Source: Syntrophales bacterium
GTDB taxonomy: Bacteria > Desulfobacterota > Syntrophia > Syntrophales > UBA2210
Length of the DNA stretch: 64,000 nt
Assembly: GCA_963662405.2 (NCBI GenBank)
Contig: CAXXKT010000001.1
Span: 1,696,001 to 1,760,000, forward strand
Direction: 5' to 3'
The translations under genes and the position numbers were made by a program. This document shows, one piece after another, positions 9,918 to 19,522 of the stretch. The notes beneath the pieces were generated by a model. That model made no database searches. It had not been told where the DNA came from and saw only the letters and a list, made by a program, of their open reading frames with translations. Each line of letters starts with the position of its first letter. Position 1 is the first letter of the stretch.

Positions 9918-11024
9918 TTGGCAGGAAATCCCGAAAATGTAAACAACGCTACTTTATCTTACACATATTCCTTAAAAATATTGAATATTATTATACAAAG
10001 AAAAAATATAAAATACATATTCAGTGCCGTACGGTTTATACTGCCAGTTGGAATATTGTACATAATATTCCAACAAATAGATCTTGTAACATTTAAGTCA
10101 AATATCGTTAAGACAAATGTATGGTGGTTCATAATCGGAATTGCGTATTACCCTATTGTCATATTAATTGGGGGGATTCGATGGCAAGTTATTGCAAGGG
10201 AATATTTAGAAAAGAAACTGAGCGTTGGATTTTTTCTTCGTCATTATTGGATTGGTTTGACTTTAGGATTTTTTGCTCCAGCTTCTTTGGGTTGGGATGT
10301 ATACAAAGTAGCTGTAGCAGGGAAGAAATATGGACAGTATTTAGAAAATATAGCGACCATCCTTGTTGAGAAATTTATGGCTCTGCTAAGTGTTTGTTTC
10401 CTAATTGTTGTATTATTCCCATTTTTAAATGAATACATAAAAAATGATTATAAGTTTGTACAATATCTTACTCAGATAGCAAAATATATTCTATTGATAT
10501 TAGTCATAGGGATATTCTGTCTCAGTTTATTGATGAAGCATCGTTTTCTCTCATGGCTGAGTGGAAAAATAAATCATATTATCAAGAAGATATCCATAAA
10601 AGTCGAAAAAATGTCAAAATCTTCAAATGTGATGGATAGTGCTTATATTTCTTTTTCAAAATTGTTTAAGCCTTTAACAACACCTGTGCCTTTGTCAAAG
10701 ATCTTCTTGTTGTCATTAACCATCCAATTTGTGTCAGCTGTGGGGAATCAGATCTTTTTTCGAGCAGTTGGCTATCCGATTCCAATAATGGTCAATTTAT
10801 TTCTATGTCCTATCTTCTATTTTATTTTTATACTGCCAATATCTTTTGGAAGTATCGGTATAAGAGAAGGGGTCTATATATTATTATATGGTTTCTTTGG
10901 GGTTCCTCAGGAGACTGCTTTGCTGGTAAGCTTCTTAAATTTTGCTGGGATAATTCTTAATCAATTTATTGGGGCCTTGCTAATTATGACCTGTAAGGGT
11001 CTAGAAAAAGATATGATATTTTAA
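9918..11024 (+). CDS. Lysylphosphatidylglycerol-synthase TM (AglD/YbhN-like) putative flippase; true start uncertain (TTG 9918 lies inside the IS end, TTG 9981 is an alternative)
   Basis: RW, P...G.D, LPIS.G.IG.RE motifs in a highly hydrophobic, AT-rich ORF. Confidence 0.8.
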   Translation: MAGNPENVNNATLSYTYSLKILNIIIQRKNIKYIFSAVRFILPVGILYIIFQQIDLVTFKSNIVKTNVWWFIIGIAYYPIVILIGGIRWQVIAREYLEKKLSVGFFLRHYWIGLTLGFFAPASLGWDVYKVAVAGKKYGQYLENIATILVEKFMALLSVCFLIVVLFPFLNEYIKNDYKFVQYLTQIAKYILLILVIGIFCLSLLMKHRFLSWLSGKINHIIKKISIKVEKMSKSSNVMDSAYISFSKLFKPLTTPVPLSKIFLLSLTIQFVSAVGNQIFFRAVGYPIPIMVNLFLCPIFYFIFILPISFGSIGIREGVYILLYGFFGVPQETALLVSFLNFAGIILNQFIGALLIMTCKGLEKDMIF

Positions 11025-11057
11025 AAAGCATGCGATTGAAAAGGAAGTAATGACGAT

Positions 11058-12200
11058 ATGACAAAGATTCCCTTTAATCGACCGTTCATCGTCGGCAAGG
11101 AGCTATACTATATCGCCCAGGCCGTTCAAGGGGGGCACCTGGCCGGAGACGGGGTCTTTACGAAAAAGTGCAACGAGTGGATGGAACAAGAATTTGACGC
11201 AAAGAAGGTACTCCTGACCCATTCGGGTACCGCCGCGCTCGATATGTCCGCCATGCTCTGTGACCTCGATCCGGGTGACGAGGTGATCATGCCCTCCTTT
11301 ACCTTTGTCTCCACCGCTAACGCCTTCGCATTGCAGGGTGCAACGATACGCTTTGTCGATATCCGTTCCGATACCCTGAATATGAATGAAAACCTGATTG
11401 AGGCTGCCGTTAACGAAAAGACAAAGGTCATTGTGCCGGTTCATTACGCGGGCATATCCTGCGAGATGGATACGATTATGGAGATCGCGGGTCGGCACGA
11501 CCTCCTGGTCGTAGAGGACGCGGCCCAGGGTGTAAACGCGACATACAAGGGGCGCTATCTGGGGACCATCGGCCATCTCGGCGCGTACAGCTTTCACGAG
11601 ACAAAAAATTTTATCAGCGGCGAAGGGGGGGCGCTGGTGGTGAATGACGATCGCTTTGTTGAACGGGCAGAGATCGTCCGCGAGAAAGGGACCAACCGCA
11701 GCAAATTCTTCCGCGGCGAGGTGGACAAGTATACCTGGGTCGACGTCGGATCGTCATTCCTCCCCTCGGAGATTGTCGCTGCCTTCCTCTATGCGCAGCT
11801 CGAAGAGGCAGACACCATAACGCAAAAAAGACATGAAATCTTCAAGTATTATGCGGATCAGCTTGAGCCGCTGGTCAAAAACGGGTTTATCCGCATCCCG
11901 ACAGTTCCTGGAGAATGTCGGCACAACGCTCATCTCTTTTACCTGATTATCGAAACCTCGAGGGAAGATCGAGGCCGTTTGCTCGTGCACCTGAAAAAGA
12001 AGAGGATTGGAGCGGTATTCCACTATGTTCCTCTCCATACATCACCGATGGGCCGGAAGATGGGATACGAGGAAGGAGCCCTGCCGGTAACTGAAGAGAT
12101 GAGCGAGCGTTTGGTAAGGCTTCCGTGCTACTACGAGTTGACCAGGGAGGAACAGGATCACGTGATAGGATCGGTCCTCGAATTTTTTGGCTCTGCGTAA
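11058..12200 (+). CDS. rffA: dTDP-4-amino-4,6-dideoxygalactose transaminase (WecE/RffA)
   Basis: IPFN.P, SFHETKN...GEGG, REKGTNRS.FFRG.VDKYTW, AVFHYVPLH signature motifs. Confidence 0.93.
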   Translation: MTKIPFNRPFIVGKELYYIAQAVQGGHLAGDGVFTKKCNEWMEQEFDAKKVLLTHSGTAALDMSAMLCDLDPGDEVIMPSFTFVSTANAFALQGATIRFVDIRSDTLNMNENLIEAAVNEKTKVIVPVHYAGISCEMDTIMEIAGRHDLLVVEDAAQGVNATYKGRYLGTIGHLGAYSFHETKNFISGEGGALVVNDDRFVERAEIVREKGTNRSKFFRGEVDKYTWVDVGSSFLPSEIVAAFLYAQLEEADTITQKRHEIFKYYADQLEPLVKNGFIRIPTVPGECRHNAHLFYLIIETSREDRGRLLVHLKKKRIGAVFHYVPLHTSPMGRKMGYEEGALPVTEEMSERLVRLPCYYELTREEQDHVIGSVLEFFGSA

Positions 12201-12265
12201 AGATCTGGGCCATGGAGATGAAGGGGTACACGGATGATTTGTCATGACGTCGGAGAAGGACAGGG

Positions 12266-13285
12266 ATGAAACGTGTCCTGAAGAATAGTGCCACCCGGGT
12301 GTTGCATAGTGCAGGCGTGGCGGCTCTCTACATAAAGCGGAAGAGCAAAAAAAAGGCTCTCGTTCTTTCTTACCACCGTGTTGTTCCCGGAAAAGAAATC
12401 GATGAGTCCCGCATGATGCCGGGTATGTATCTTTCTTCGGAGGCGTTTCAGGAGGAGATAGAATGGTTACGGCATCGCTTTGATCTTGTTCCTCTTGAAG
12501 CGATAATAAAAAAAGTCAGAACTGGTCTCCCATGGGAGCGTCCCCTGTGTGCCGTTACCTTTGATGACGGGTGGAAGGATGTGTATGAGCACGCGTTCCC
12601 TGTTCTCAAAAGGACCGGTGTCCCCGCCACGGTATTTTTGGTGGGGGCAGGACAACGGTCAGATACATTGAACTGTTTCGACTCCTGTTTTGAGTCGGTC
12701 CTGAGGGTTAAAGATTTCGGGACCGAAATCTCAGGTGTCGAAGAAATAGACGCGATCATAGGGGCTGATGATATTACCGACAAGCGCGAAAAAGCCCGTC
12801 TTGCCATCCATACATTGCGCGGTCTCCCCTATGACAAGTTTGTGCTGGCATGTAACAACCTGACCCGGTATCTCGCATCTCACGTTGATTACGCTTCTCT
12901 GAAAGACAAATACCAAATGCTTTCCATTGATAACATAAAGCATATGAGTGAGAACGGGATCGATTTTGGTTACCATTCAAAGAGCCATTATATCCTCACA
13001 CGCATCCCTGAATCTCTTCTGGATGATGAATTGGTGATTCCGACGCAAGAATATCTCTCGGTGGGAATCAAATTAAAACCTGTCTTTTGCTATCCCGATG
13101 GACAGTACAATGAAAAGATAATATCGGTGCTGGAGAACAACGGGTACCAGGGGGCAGTTACCTTGAACAAGGGGTATAATACCTGCGGTGGTAATCCGTT
13201 TGTGCTGAAACGGATCAACCTTCATGAGGGGAACGCGGGGTCTTTGCCTCTGTTCCTGACATCCATTGGTATCCTCAACCGGTAA
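12266..13285 (+). CDS. Polysaccharide deacetylase (CE4/NodB-type)
   Basis: YHRV, TFDDG, H(S)KSH, FCYPDG motifs. Confidence 0.88.
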   Translation: MKRVLKNSATRVLHSAGVAALYIKRKSKKKALVLSYHRVVPGKEIDESRMMPGMYLSSEAFQEEIEWLRHRFDLVPLEAIIKKVRTGLPWERPLCAVTFDDGWKDVYEHAFPVLKRTGVPATVFLVGAGQRSDTLNCFDSCFESVLRVKDFGTEISGVEEIDAIIGADDITDKREKARLAIHTLRGLPYDKFVLACNNLTRYLASHVDYASLKDKYQMLSIDNIKHMSENGIDFGYHSKSHYILTRIPESLLDDELVIPTQEYLSVGIKLKPVFCYPDGQYNEKIISVLENNGYQGAVTLNKGYNTCGGNPFVLKRINLHEGNAGSLPLFLTSIGILNR

Positions 13286-13365
13286 GGTCAGATTTTATGA
13301 TTGGTTCTCAAACGTCCGCATGGAGCGCACCGCGTCGGGTTCGGACGGGTTTTAGAATAAATATA

Positions 13366-14673
13366 ATGAAGTTGAAAGAATATGTGCGGTTTGACTCGGG
13401 ATTGCTATCGATCTTATTGTCGGCGTATTACCTGTTGAAATATATGTGTATCAAGGTATGTAAGAATGACATCTCCGGCCTGACCGTTATGGGGAGTATG
13501 TTCCGACACACGAAATTTGATCGGGTCAGAGAAATGGCAACCCACTATCTTTTAAAAGCAATTGCTGTTCATGGAGTTGTTAGGGTGGGGGGAGAGTTTC
13601 GTCAAGGTGCGGCCAGGACGATCAGCGAGAAAAATGAAGATAAAATGAGGCACAGCATAGAATCGGGACACAGGCTTTTGCATAACCGCCTCTTAATCCT
13701 TTCATCTCCTGTCGAGGGGGCAAAGGGCGTGCTCATTGTGAAGTTTACAGAGTCCTTTAAGTACGTGCTGCGGATATTTGATATGAAAAGTCTTTGCGAG
13801 GATTATGTAATTATTGTTGAACCCAGTGCCAGTGGGTATTTTGACGAAGACATATTGCAGCTTCTCTCTTTGGAGGAGCCTGTGCTGATCCAGGCACTAG
13901 AACCGGTTGATTACGATTTTATCAGTAAGCTCCAATCGAATCTGATCCCCATTCGAATCGGCGCGAACCATTGGGTTGATGATCGTGTGTTTTATCCGAT
14001 TGACGGTGTTGATAAGATCTATGATGTCGTCATGGTAGCAATTTGGGCGGATGTTAAACGCCACTATCATCTTTTCGAGGCCTTGAGCAAGATTGATAAG
14101 GAAATGAGGATTGCCTTGGTGGGTGCCCCATGGGGGAAAACGATCGAACAGATAAAGGAGGAAGCCGACTATTATGGTGTGCTCCATAGGATAGACTTTT
14201 TTGAAAGACTTCCGCAGGCTGATATCAATATACTCCTGAATCAGTCAAAATGTTTTTTGCTTTTATCGAAAAAAGAAGGGCCCAATAAAGCAATTATTGA
14301 GGCGATGTATGCCGATGTCCCCGTTTTCATCTTAGAAGGCTTCAACTACGGATTTCCATATCCATATATTAATCAGAGTACGGGTGGATTTATTAATCCC
14401 AGAGACCTGAGAAAATTTCTCTTAGACCTGGATGAGGTGTTGAAAAACAGTACGTTTGCTCCACGGGAGTGGATTCAAGCCCATGTGTCGGCACAGGCAT
14501 CAACACGAGAACTCATTGATCAGTTGAATCTGGTGGAACGAGAATACCGGATAAAAATAAACAAGGATCTGTTTATAAAGATTAACACCCCTGAACTGGA
14601 TTACTATGACAAACAGGCATGGGGTGCTGTCAAATTATCCATGACTGATCTGAAAGGATACCTGAGGCATTGA
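13366..14673 (+). CDS. Glycosyltransferase, GT4-like
   Basis: KR...., S.KEGPNKAIIEAM (EX7E) motif; start uncertain (13297 or 13366). Confidence 0.75.
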   Translation: MKLKEYVRFDSGLLSILLSAYYLLKYMCIKVCKNDISGLTVMGSMFRHTKFDRVREMATHYLLKAIAVHGVVRVGGEFRQGAARTISEKNEDKMRHSIESGHRLLHNRLLILSSPVEGAKGVLIVKFTESFKYVLRIFDMKSLCEDYVIIVEPSASGYFDEDILQLLSLEEPVLIQALEPVDYDFISKLQSNLIPIRIGANHWVDDRVFYPIDGVDKIYDVVMVAIWADVKRHYHLFEALSKIDKEMRIALVGAPWGKTIEQIKEEADYYGVLHRIDFFERLPQADINILLNQSKCFLLLSKKEGPNKAIIEAMYADVPVFILEGFNYGFPYPYINQSTGGFINPRDLRKFLLDLDEVLKNSTFAPREWIQAHVSAQASTRELIDQLNLVEREYRIKINKDLFIKINTPELDYYDKQAWGAVKLSMTDLKGYLRH

Positions 14674-14727
14674 ATAGTGTGCCTCTGGTTAAAGGAGCCC
14701 TTCACATAAGAGGTAAGGTTCTGTCCC

Positions 14728-16110
14728 ATGAATCCAACAATATATGCCAGGGTTTTCATTGGTTTGTTTCTTTTCATTGCCGTTTCCCCCTGTTTCTCTT
14801 CGGCAGGTGCCTTGCGGGAGCATCATGTTGCTGTATCGGGGAACGATGTATTGGGGGACGGGACGTTGCAAAAGCCCTGGAGGACAATCAAGTTTGCAGT
14901 TTCCGAGATAAAGGGCGGGGATATCATTACCATTCATGGGGGAACATATCGGGAAAATTATATTAAGATTTTTCCTTCAGCTTCTGGGAGTAAACAGCAT
15001 CCAACTGTAATACGCGCCGCGAAAAATGAAAAGGTGACGATTTATGGCCTGTTAGACAAAAAAAGTAAAGATCCCTATGCGATGGGAGTCCATGATGCCT
15101 CGCATGTGACGATAGAAGGTCTGAAAATAATAGGCTATAACCGTATAGCCGAAGGGGGAAGAGGTGGGACTCTTTTTATAAGTGGTAGCAGAAGACCCTG
15201 CACGAATGTAAAAATCACCAATTGCGAATTGATAAATAGCGGCACCAAACTCAAAGGAGGGTTGAATCAGTCAATTGTCGTCTTTAACTCTACCAAAAAC
15301 TGCGAGATCACTCATTGCAGAATTTACGGTTCTGACAAGTGCGACAGAACGGGGATAAAGATATGGAGCAGTACATCTGAACTGTTGGTCCAGGGTAATG
15401 AGATCTTCAACCTTTTGAGAAGAGGGATTGACAATAAACATGGCGGAAGAAACAAAAACCATAGAATTTTGAATAATTATATTCATGATATCGGACGCCT
15501 GGGTATCCATCTGAATGGTGACGGATCGCTGGTCGAAAATAATGTGTTATACAAGTGTGATGAGGCGGGGATTGGTGTGTGGAGGAATGAGGGGTCACCC
15601 GGCGGTAGTCATAGTATTCTGAATCATAATACCATTGTGAATTGTGGGGCAGCAGGCATCTACTTGGGGGCTGGTCCAGCGGGGACAGATGGATTCCGGA
15701 ACTGCACGGTCACAAATAATATTATCCTGAATTGCAGCGGCGAGTTTCGGGAATTATCCATAACTCCCTATGGAGGATCATCACATTTCGATTTCGGACA
15801 TACCATAGATTACAATTGTTATTTTAATCATAGTAATTTAGTCGTTATCCGCGACCACAAGAGCGAGTTTACGTTGCGTGAGTGGCAGGCATTTTCGGGG
15901 CAAGATGCCCATTCGGTACAACAGAATCCGGAACTTCTTGGCGAACTTGATGGCTTTCACGATCTCTGTGACTTTCGAGTAAGCGAGAGGGGTTCAGGAT
16001 CATTGAGGGCTTCGGATGGCGGGATTATCGGCGCGGATATTCAGAGTATGAAGGGGTACCCTGGCCATCTGCCTCTGGCTCCATCAAATGTCCGGGTATC
16101 CACCCCGTAA
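14728..16110 (+). CDS. Secreted right-handed parallel beta-helix protein (pectate-lyase-like)
   Basis: N-terminal signal peptide, G.D...GT..KPW.TI, GD.I.I.GGTY.E, repeated I.NN.I rungs. Confidence 0.8.
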   Translation: MNPTIYARVFIGLFLFIAVSPCFSSAGALREHHVAVSGNDVLGDGTLQKPWRTIKFAVSEIKGGDIITIHGGTYRENYIKIFPSASGSKQHPTVIRAAKNEKVTIYGLLDKKSKDPYAMGVHDASHVTIEGLKIIGYNRIAEGGRGGTLFISGSRRPCTNVKITNCELINSGTKLKGGLNQSIVVFNSTKNCEITHCRIYGSDKCDRTGIKIWSSTSELLVQGNEIFNLLRRGIDNKHGGRNKNHRILNNYIHDIGRLGIHLNGDGSLVENNVLYKCDEAGIGVWRNEGSPGGSHSILNHNTIVNCGAAGIYLGAGPAGTDGFRNCTVTNNIILNCSGEFRELSITPYGGSSHFDFGHTIDYNCYFNHSNLVVIRDHKSEFTLREWQAFSGQDAHSVQQNPELLGELDGFHDLCDFRVSERGSGSLRASDGGIIGADIQSMKGYPGHLPLAPSNVRVSTP

Positions 16111-16120
16111 TGAACCGGGA

Positions 16121-17095
16121 ATGACAATGAAAAGAGAGATCTGGATAACGTGGGAGCGGCAGAGGAGAAACAGCGGGATCAGTTCGGCTCTGGGATGGCC
16201 CCTGTATGAGATGATCGATGGCTCGCCGCGGCTGATCCGGTACGGCCGCCTGATTACAAGAACGATCCGGACCCTGTTGCGGGAAAAACCTTTGGTCGTT
16301 TGTGTCCAGAATCCTTCTATCGTCCTGGCTCTGGTCGCTATTCTGTGCAGGGGGGGCATGGGGTACCGCTGTATCGTCGATGCCCATAACAGCGGCCTCA
16401 TACCCCTGGAGGGGAGGTCCCGGCTCCTGCTGGAGATCGCCCGGTGGATTCAGCGGAGGGCCGATCTCACGATTGTGACCAACGATGAGATGAAGGTTGT
16501 GGTGGAGGCGAACGGCGGAGAGGCCGTCATTCTCCCCGACAGGATCCCGGCGGTTCCTCCGGTCGAACCGGTGACAACGCGCGGTCGCAAGACCGTCACT
16601 TATGTCTGCACCTTCAGCGAGGACGAACCGTATGAAGACGTTATCAAAGCGGCCGGGTTACTCGATAAGGATACGGTGGTGTACATTACTGGCAACCACC
16701 GTGGCAGAATCGATCCAGAATCATTTCCCCCCAATGTCGAACTGACGGGGTTTATCGACGAGACAGCCTACTGGTCACTCCTCGCCGCCTCCGACGCCGT
16801 TATGGTCCTGACGCTGCGGGAGGGGTGTCTCGTCTGCGGGGCGTATGAAACGGTCGCGCTGGGTAGACCGCTGATCCTTTCGGATACAAAGGCGCTCCGG
16901 TCGTATTTTGACCGGGGGTGTGTCTATGTGACGCCGGACCCCCGGTCGATTGCGGAAGGTATCCGGGAGGCGTTGCGGAAAAGGGAGGAGTTGCTGACCG
17001 GAATCAGGAATCTGCGCGAGACGATCGACCGGTCGTGGGCAGGTATCTTCTCTGCATTCCGTCATCGTATTCGGAAACTTTCGAATGGAGGTTGA
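16121..17095 (+). CDS. Glycosyltransferase, GT4-like
   Basis: DAHN, REG.LVCGAYE..A.G.P.I.SD motifs. Confidence 0.8.
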   Translation: MTMKREIWITWERQRRNSGISSALGWPLYEMIDGSPRLIRYGRLITRTIRTLLREKPLVVCVQNPSIVLALVAILCRGGMGYRCIVDAHNSGLIPLEGRSRLLLEIARWIQRRADLTIVTNDEMKVVVEANGGEAVILPDRIPAVPPVEPVTTRGRKTVTYVCTFSEDEPYEDVIKAAGLLDKDTVVYITGNHRGRIDPESFPPNVELTGFIDETAYWSLLAASDAVMVLTLREGCLVCGAYETVALGRPLILSDTKALRSYFDRGCVYVTPDPRSIAEGIREALRKREELLTGIRNLRETIDRSWAGIFSAFRHRIRKLSNGG

Positions 17096-18217
17096 ATAAT
17101 CAGAGCCGCGGGAGAGAATACCTCCGTCAGGGTATGTCACATCGTCTCCGGCGACCTGTGGGGAGGTGCCGAGGCAGTCGTGTATCATCTCAGCCGGGGT
17201 TTAAAAGCTCTGGGTATGGAGATCTCGGTGATTACCTTCAACGAGGGAAAGCTCCAAGGATTGCTGCAGGAAGATGATATAGACGTATCGGTTATCGACG
17301 AAGGGACGCACTCGTTGCTCCGGCTGGCGGGGGAGGTCAGAAGGCGCGTTGCCGGTACGAGCCCGGTGATTCTACACTCCCATGGGTACAAAGAGAACAT
17401 GGTCGCCTTCGCCGTATCGAGGATAATCCCTTCCGTGCGGCTAGTTGCCACCCAGCACGGCTGGCCGGAGGTTTACGGGAGGCGATTGGATCTGAAGTAC
17501 CAGCTCCTGAATCGACTCAATCTTTTCATCACAGCTCGTTTCTTTGACCGTCTCGTCTGTGTATCCGAGGATATGAAGGGGATTCTTCTCAGAAAAAGCG
17601 GGAAGGCGGCGGGAAAAGCCGTGGTTATCCGCAACGGGATTGATGTGCATGTCGGCGCACGAAAACGGAAACAGGGGAAGCACTTTGTGATCGGATCGTG
17701 CGGGAGGTTCGTTACCGTGAAGGATTTCCCATTTCTTGTCGCCATCGCCACCTCCATCCGGGAACGGAACGACAGTGTCCGCTTCAGGCTGGCAGGGGAC
17801 GGTCCGGATCTTGACAGGGTGAAGGCCCTCGTGAAGAGCAACAAGCTAGAGGATGCGTTTTCATGTGTCGGTCCCGTCGATGATATGAATGATTTTTACC
17901 GGGGACTGGACCTGTACGTCAATACCTCCCTGCATGAAGGGATACCGGTGAGTGTCCTGGAGGCGATGCTTCACGGTCTCCCCGTTGTCGCGCCCCGCGT
18001 CGGAGGGCTGGGAGAGGTGATAAGCGATGGGATCGACGGATACCTGATCGATGAGCGGGATCCCTCCCGGTATGGTGACCGGTGTCTGGAGCTTATGGAA
18101 GACCCCGACCGGTACGATGCGATGTCGCGCGCCGCGGTGGCGAAGGTGACGACCTCCTTCGGCGCCGAGAGAATGGCACAGGACTACCTTTCGATGTACC
18201 GGAATGTTGCCACATGA
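17096..18217 (+). CDS. Glycosyltransferase GT4; conserved N-terminus begins upstream of the first canonical start (GTG 17180)
   Basis: RVCHIVSGDLWGGAE is encoded in frame upstream of 17180; SLHEGIPVSVLEAM motif. Confidence 0.85.
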   Translation: MIRAAGENTSVRVCHIVSGDLWGGAEAVVYHLSRGLKALGMEISVITFNEGKLQGLLQEDDIDVSVIDEGTHSLLRLAGEVRRRVAGTSPVILHSHGYKENMVAFAVSRIIPSVRLVATQHGWPEVYGRRLDLKYQLLNRLNLFITARFFDRLVCVSEDMKGILLRKSGKAAGKAVVIRNGIDVHVGARKRKQGKHFVIGSCGRFVTVKDFPFLVAIATSIRERNDSVRFRLAGDGPDLDRVKALVKSNKLEDAFSCVGPVDDMNDFYRGLDLYVNTSLHEGIPVSVLEAMLHGLPVVAPRVGGLGEVISDGIDGYLIDERDPSRYGDRCLELMEDPDRYDAMSRAAVAKVTTSFGAERMAQDYLSMYRNVAT

Positions 18218-18351
18218 ATATGGCGTGGGCAGTCATGAGAATGGAAAGAAATTATCGGCAGCGACGGGATCACGTAAAGGCAGAAGACGATCTCCCGTCA
18301 GGTTATCGACTTTCCCTTCTATCCATAATAGCTCAATAATTGCAAAGTTGA

Positions 18352-19482
18352 ATGATGGAGATACTGTTTATAACCACCATCCTGTCTGTACTTTTCGCGT
18401 ACTTTGGCTACCCGCTCACCCTTGTTGGGCTTTCAAAGGTGAGAAGACGACAAGTGATGACTGCCGATATCACCCCATCTCTTACTGTGATCATCGCTGC
18501 GTACAATGAGGAAACAAAAATCGATGCGAAGCTGGAGAATACCCTGTTGATGGAGTATCCCCGAGACATGAGACAGATCATCGTCGTTTCAGACGGTTCG
18601 ACCGACGGGACGAACGATATCGTCAGAAGATATGCAAAAAGGGGCGTGGAACTCGTCGAGACAGACGGGCGCGTAGGGAAAGAGGAGGCGCAACGGCAGG
18701 CGCTATCCCATGCCCGGGGAGAGATTATCATTTTCACGGATGTGGCGACCATGACCGATTCCCACTGCCTGGAACATATTGTTCGCAACTTTGCGGATGA
18801 AACCGTCGGATGTGTGAGCAGTGAAGACTGTATCATCAAAGACGGGGGCGAAGTCGGAGGTGAGGGAGCGTATGTACGATACGAGATGTGGCTCCGGTCG
18901 ATGGAGTCGCGGGTCGGTTCGATTGTCGGTCTGAGCGGCTCTCTTTTCGCGGTCCGCTCATCTCTGTGCGATGGCTTTTCCGGCAACCAGCAGAGCGATT
19001 TCAGGACGGTCCTCGTTTGCATCCGCCGGGGACTGAGGGGGGTGGCCGATTCTTCAGTGGTCGGGTTTTACCGGGATGTCTCCGACGAATCGGACGAATT
19101 TGATCGGAAGGTGAGAACGGTGGTACGGGCCCTCACCGTCTTTTTCAGAAACGTCGACCTCCTGGCGGTGTGGAGATACGGGACCGCTTCCTATGCACTT
19201 TTTTGCCACAAGCTGATGCGCTGGCTCGTCCCCTGGTTGTTGGCCATCGCTTTTGTATCCAATGCGGTTCTGGCAATCCAATCGCTTGCATATCTCGCCA
19301 TGTTTCTCGCACAACTTGTCTTTTATACGGGTGCGGTGGTGGGGATGGGAAGCTGGGGAAGCAAAAATCCCCTTTTACGGGTAGCTGCGTACTTCGTCAG
19401 GGTGAACCTTTCCATAGCGGTCGCCTGGGTGCGATACCTGAAGGGAGGAAGGATTGTGACATGGGAACCGACGAGGCGATGA
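18352..19482 (+). CDS. GT2 glycosyltransferase with TM helices (IcaA/cellulose-synthase-like)
   Basis: IIAAYNEE, SDGSTD, FTD, RKVR motifs; terminal TM segments. Confidence 0.88.
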   Translation: MMEILFITTILSVLFAYFGYPLTLVGLSKVRRRQVMTADITPSLTVIIAAYNEETKIDAKLENTLLMEYPRDMRQIIVVSDGSTDGTNDIVRRYAKRGVELVETDGRVGKEEAQRQALSHARGEIIIFTDVATMTDSHCLEHIVRNFADETVGCVSSEDCIIKDGGEVGGEGAYVRYEMWLRSMESRVGSIVGLSGSLFAVRSSLCDGFSGNQQSDFRTVLVCIRRGLRGVADSSVVGFYRDVSDESDEFDRKVRTVVRALTVFFRNVDLLAVWRYGTASYALFCHKLMRWLVPWLLAIAFVSNAVLAIQSLAYLAMFLAQLVFYTGAVVGMGSWGSKNPLLRVAAYFVRVNLSIAVAWVRYLKGGRIVTWEPTRR

Positions 19483-19522
19483 ACAGAGCCGGCGGAACCT
19501 TAGACCGACACGTATTGTGACC

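Larger units (their letters stand above)
7787..9963 (-). mobile_element. IS481-family insertion sequence (900 bp native length) interrupted by an IS3 element
   Basis: TGT...ACA ends; 26-bp imperfect inverted repeats at 7787-7812 and 9938-9963 (21/26 identical); flanks CATATGC (7780-7786) and CATATTC (9964-9970) look like an imperfect target duplication. Confidence 0.85.
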
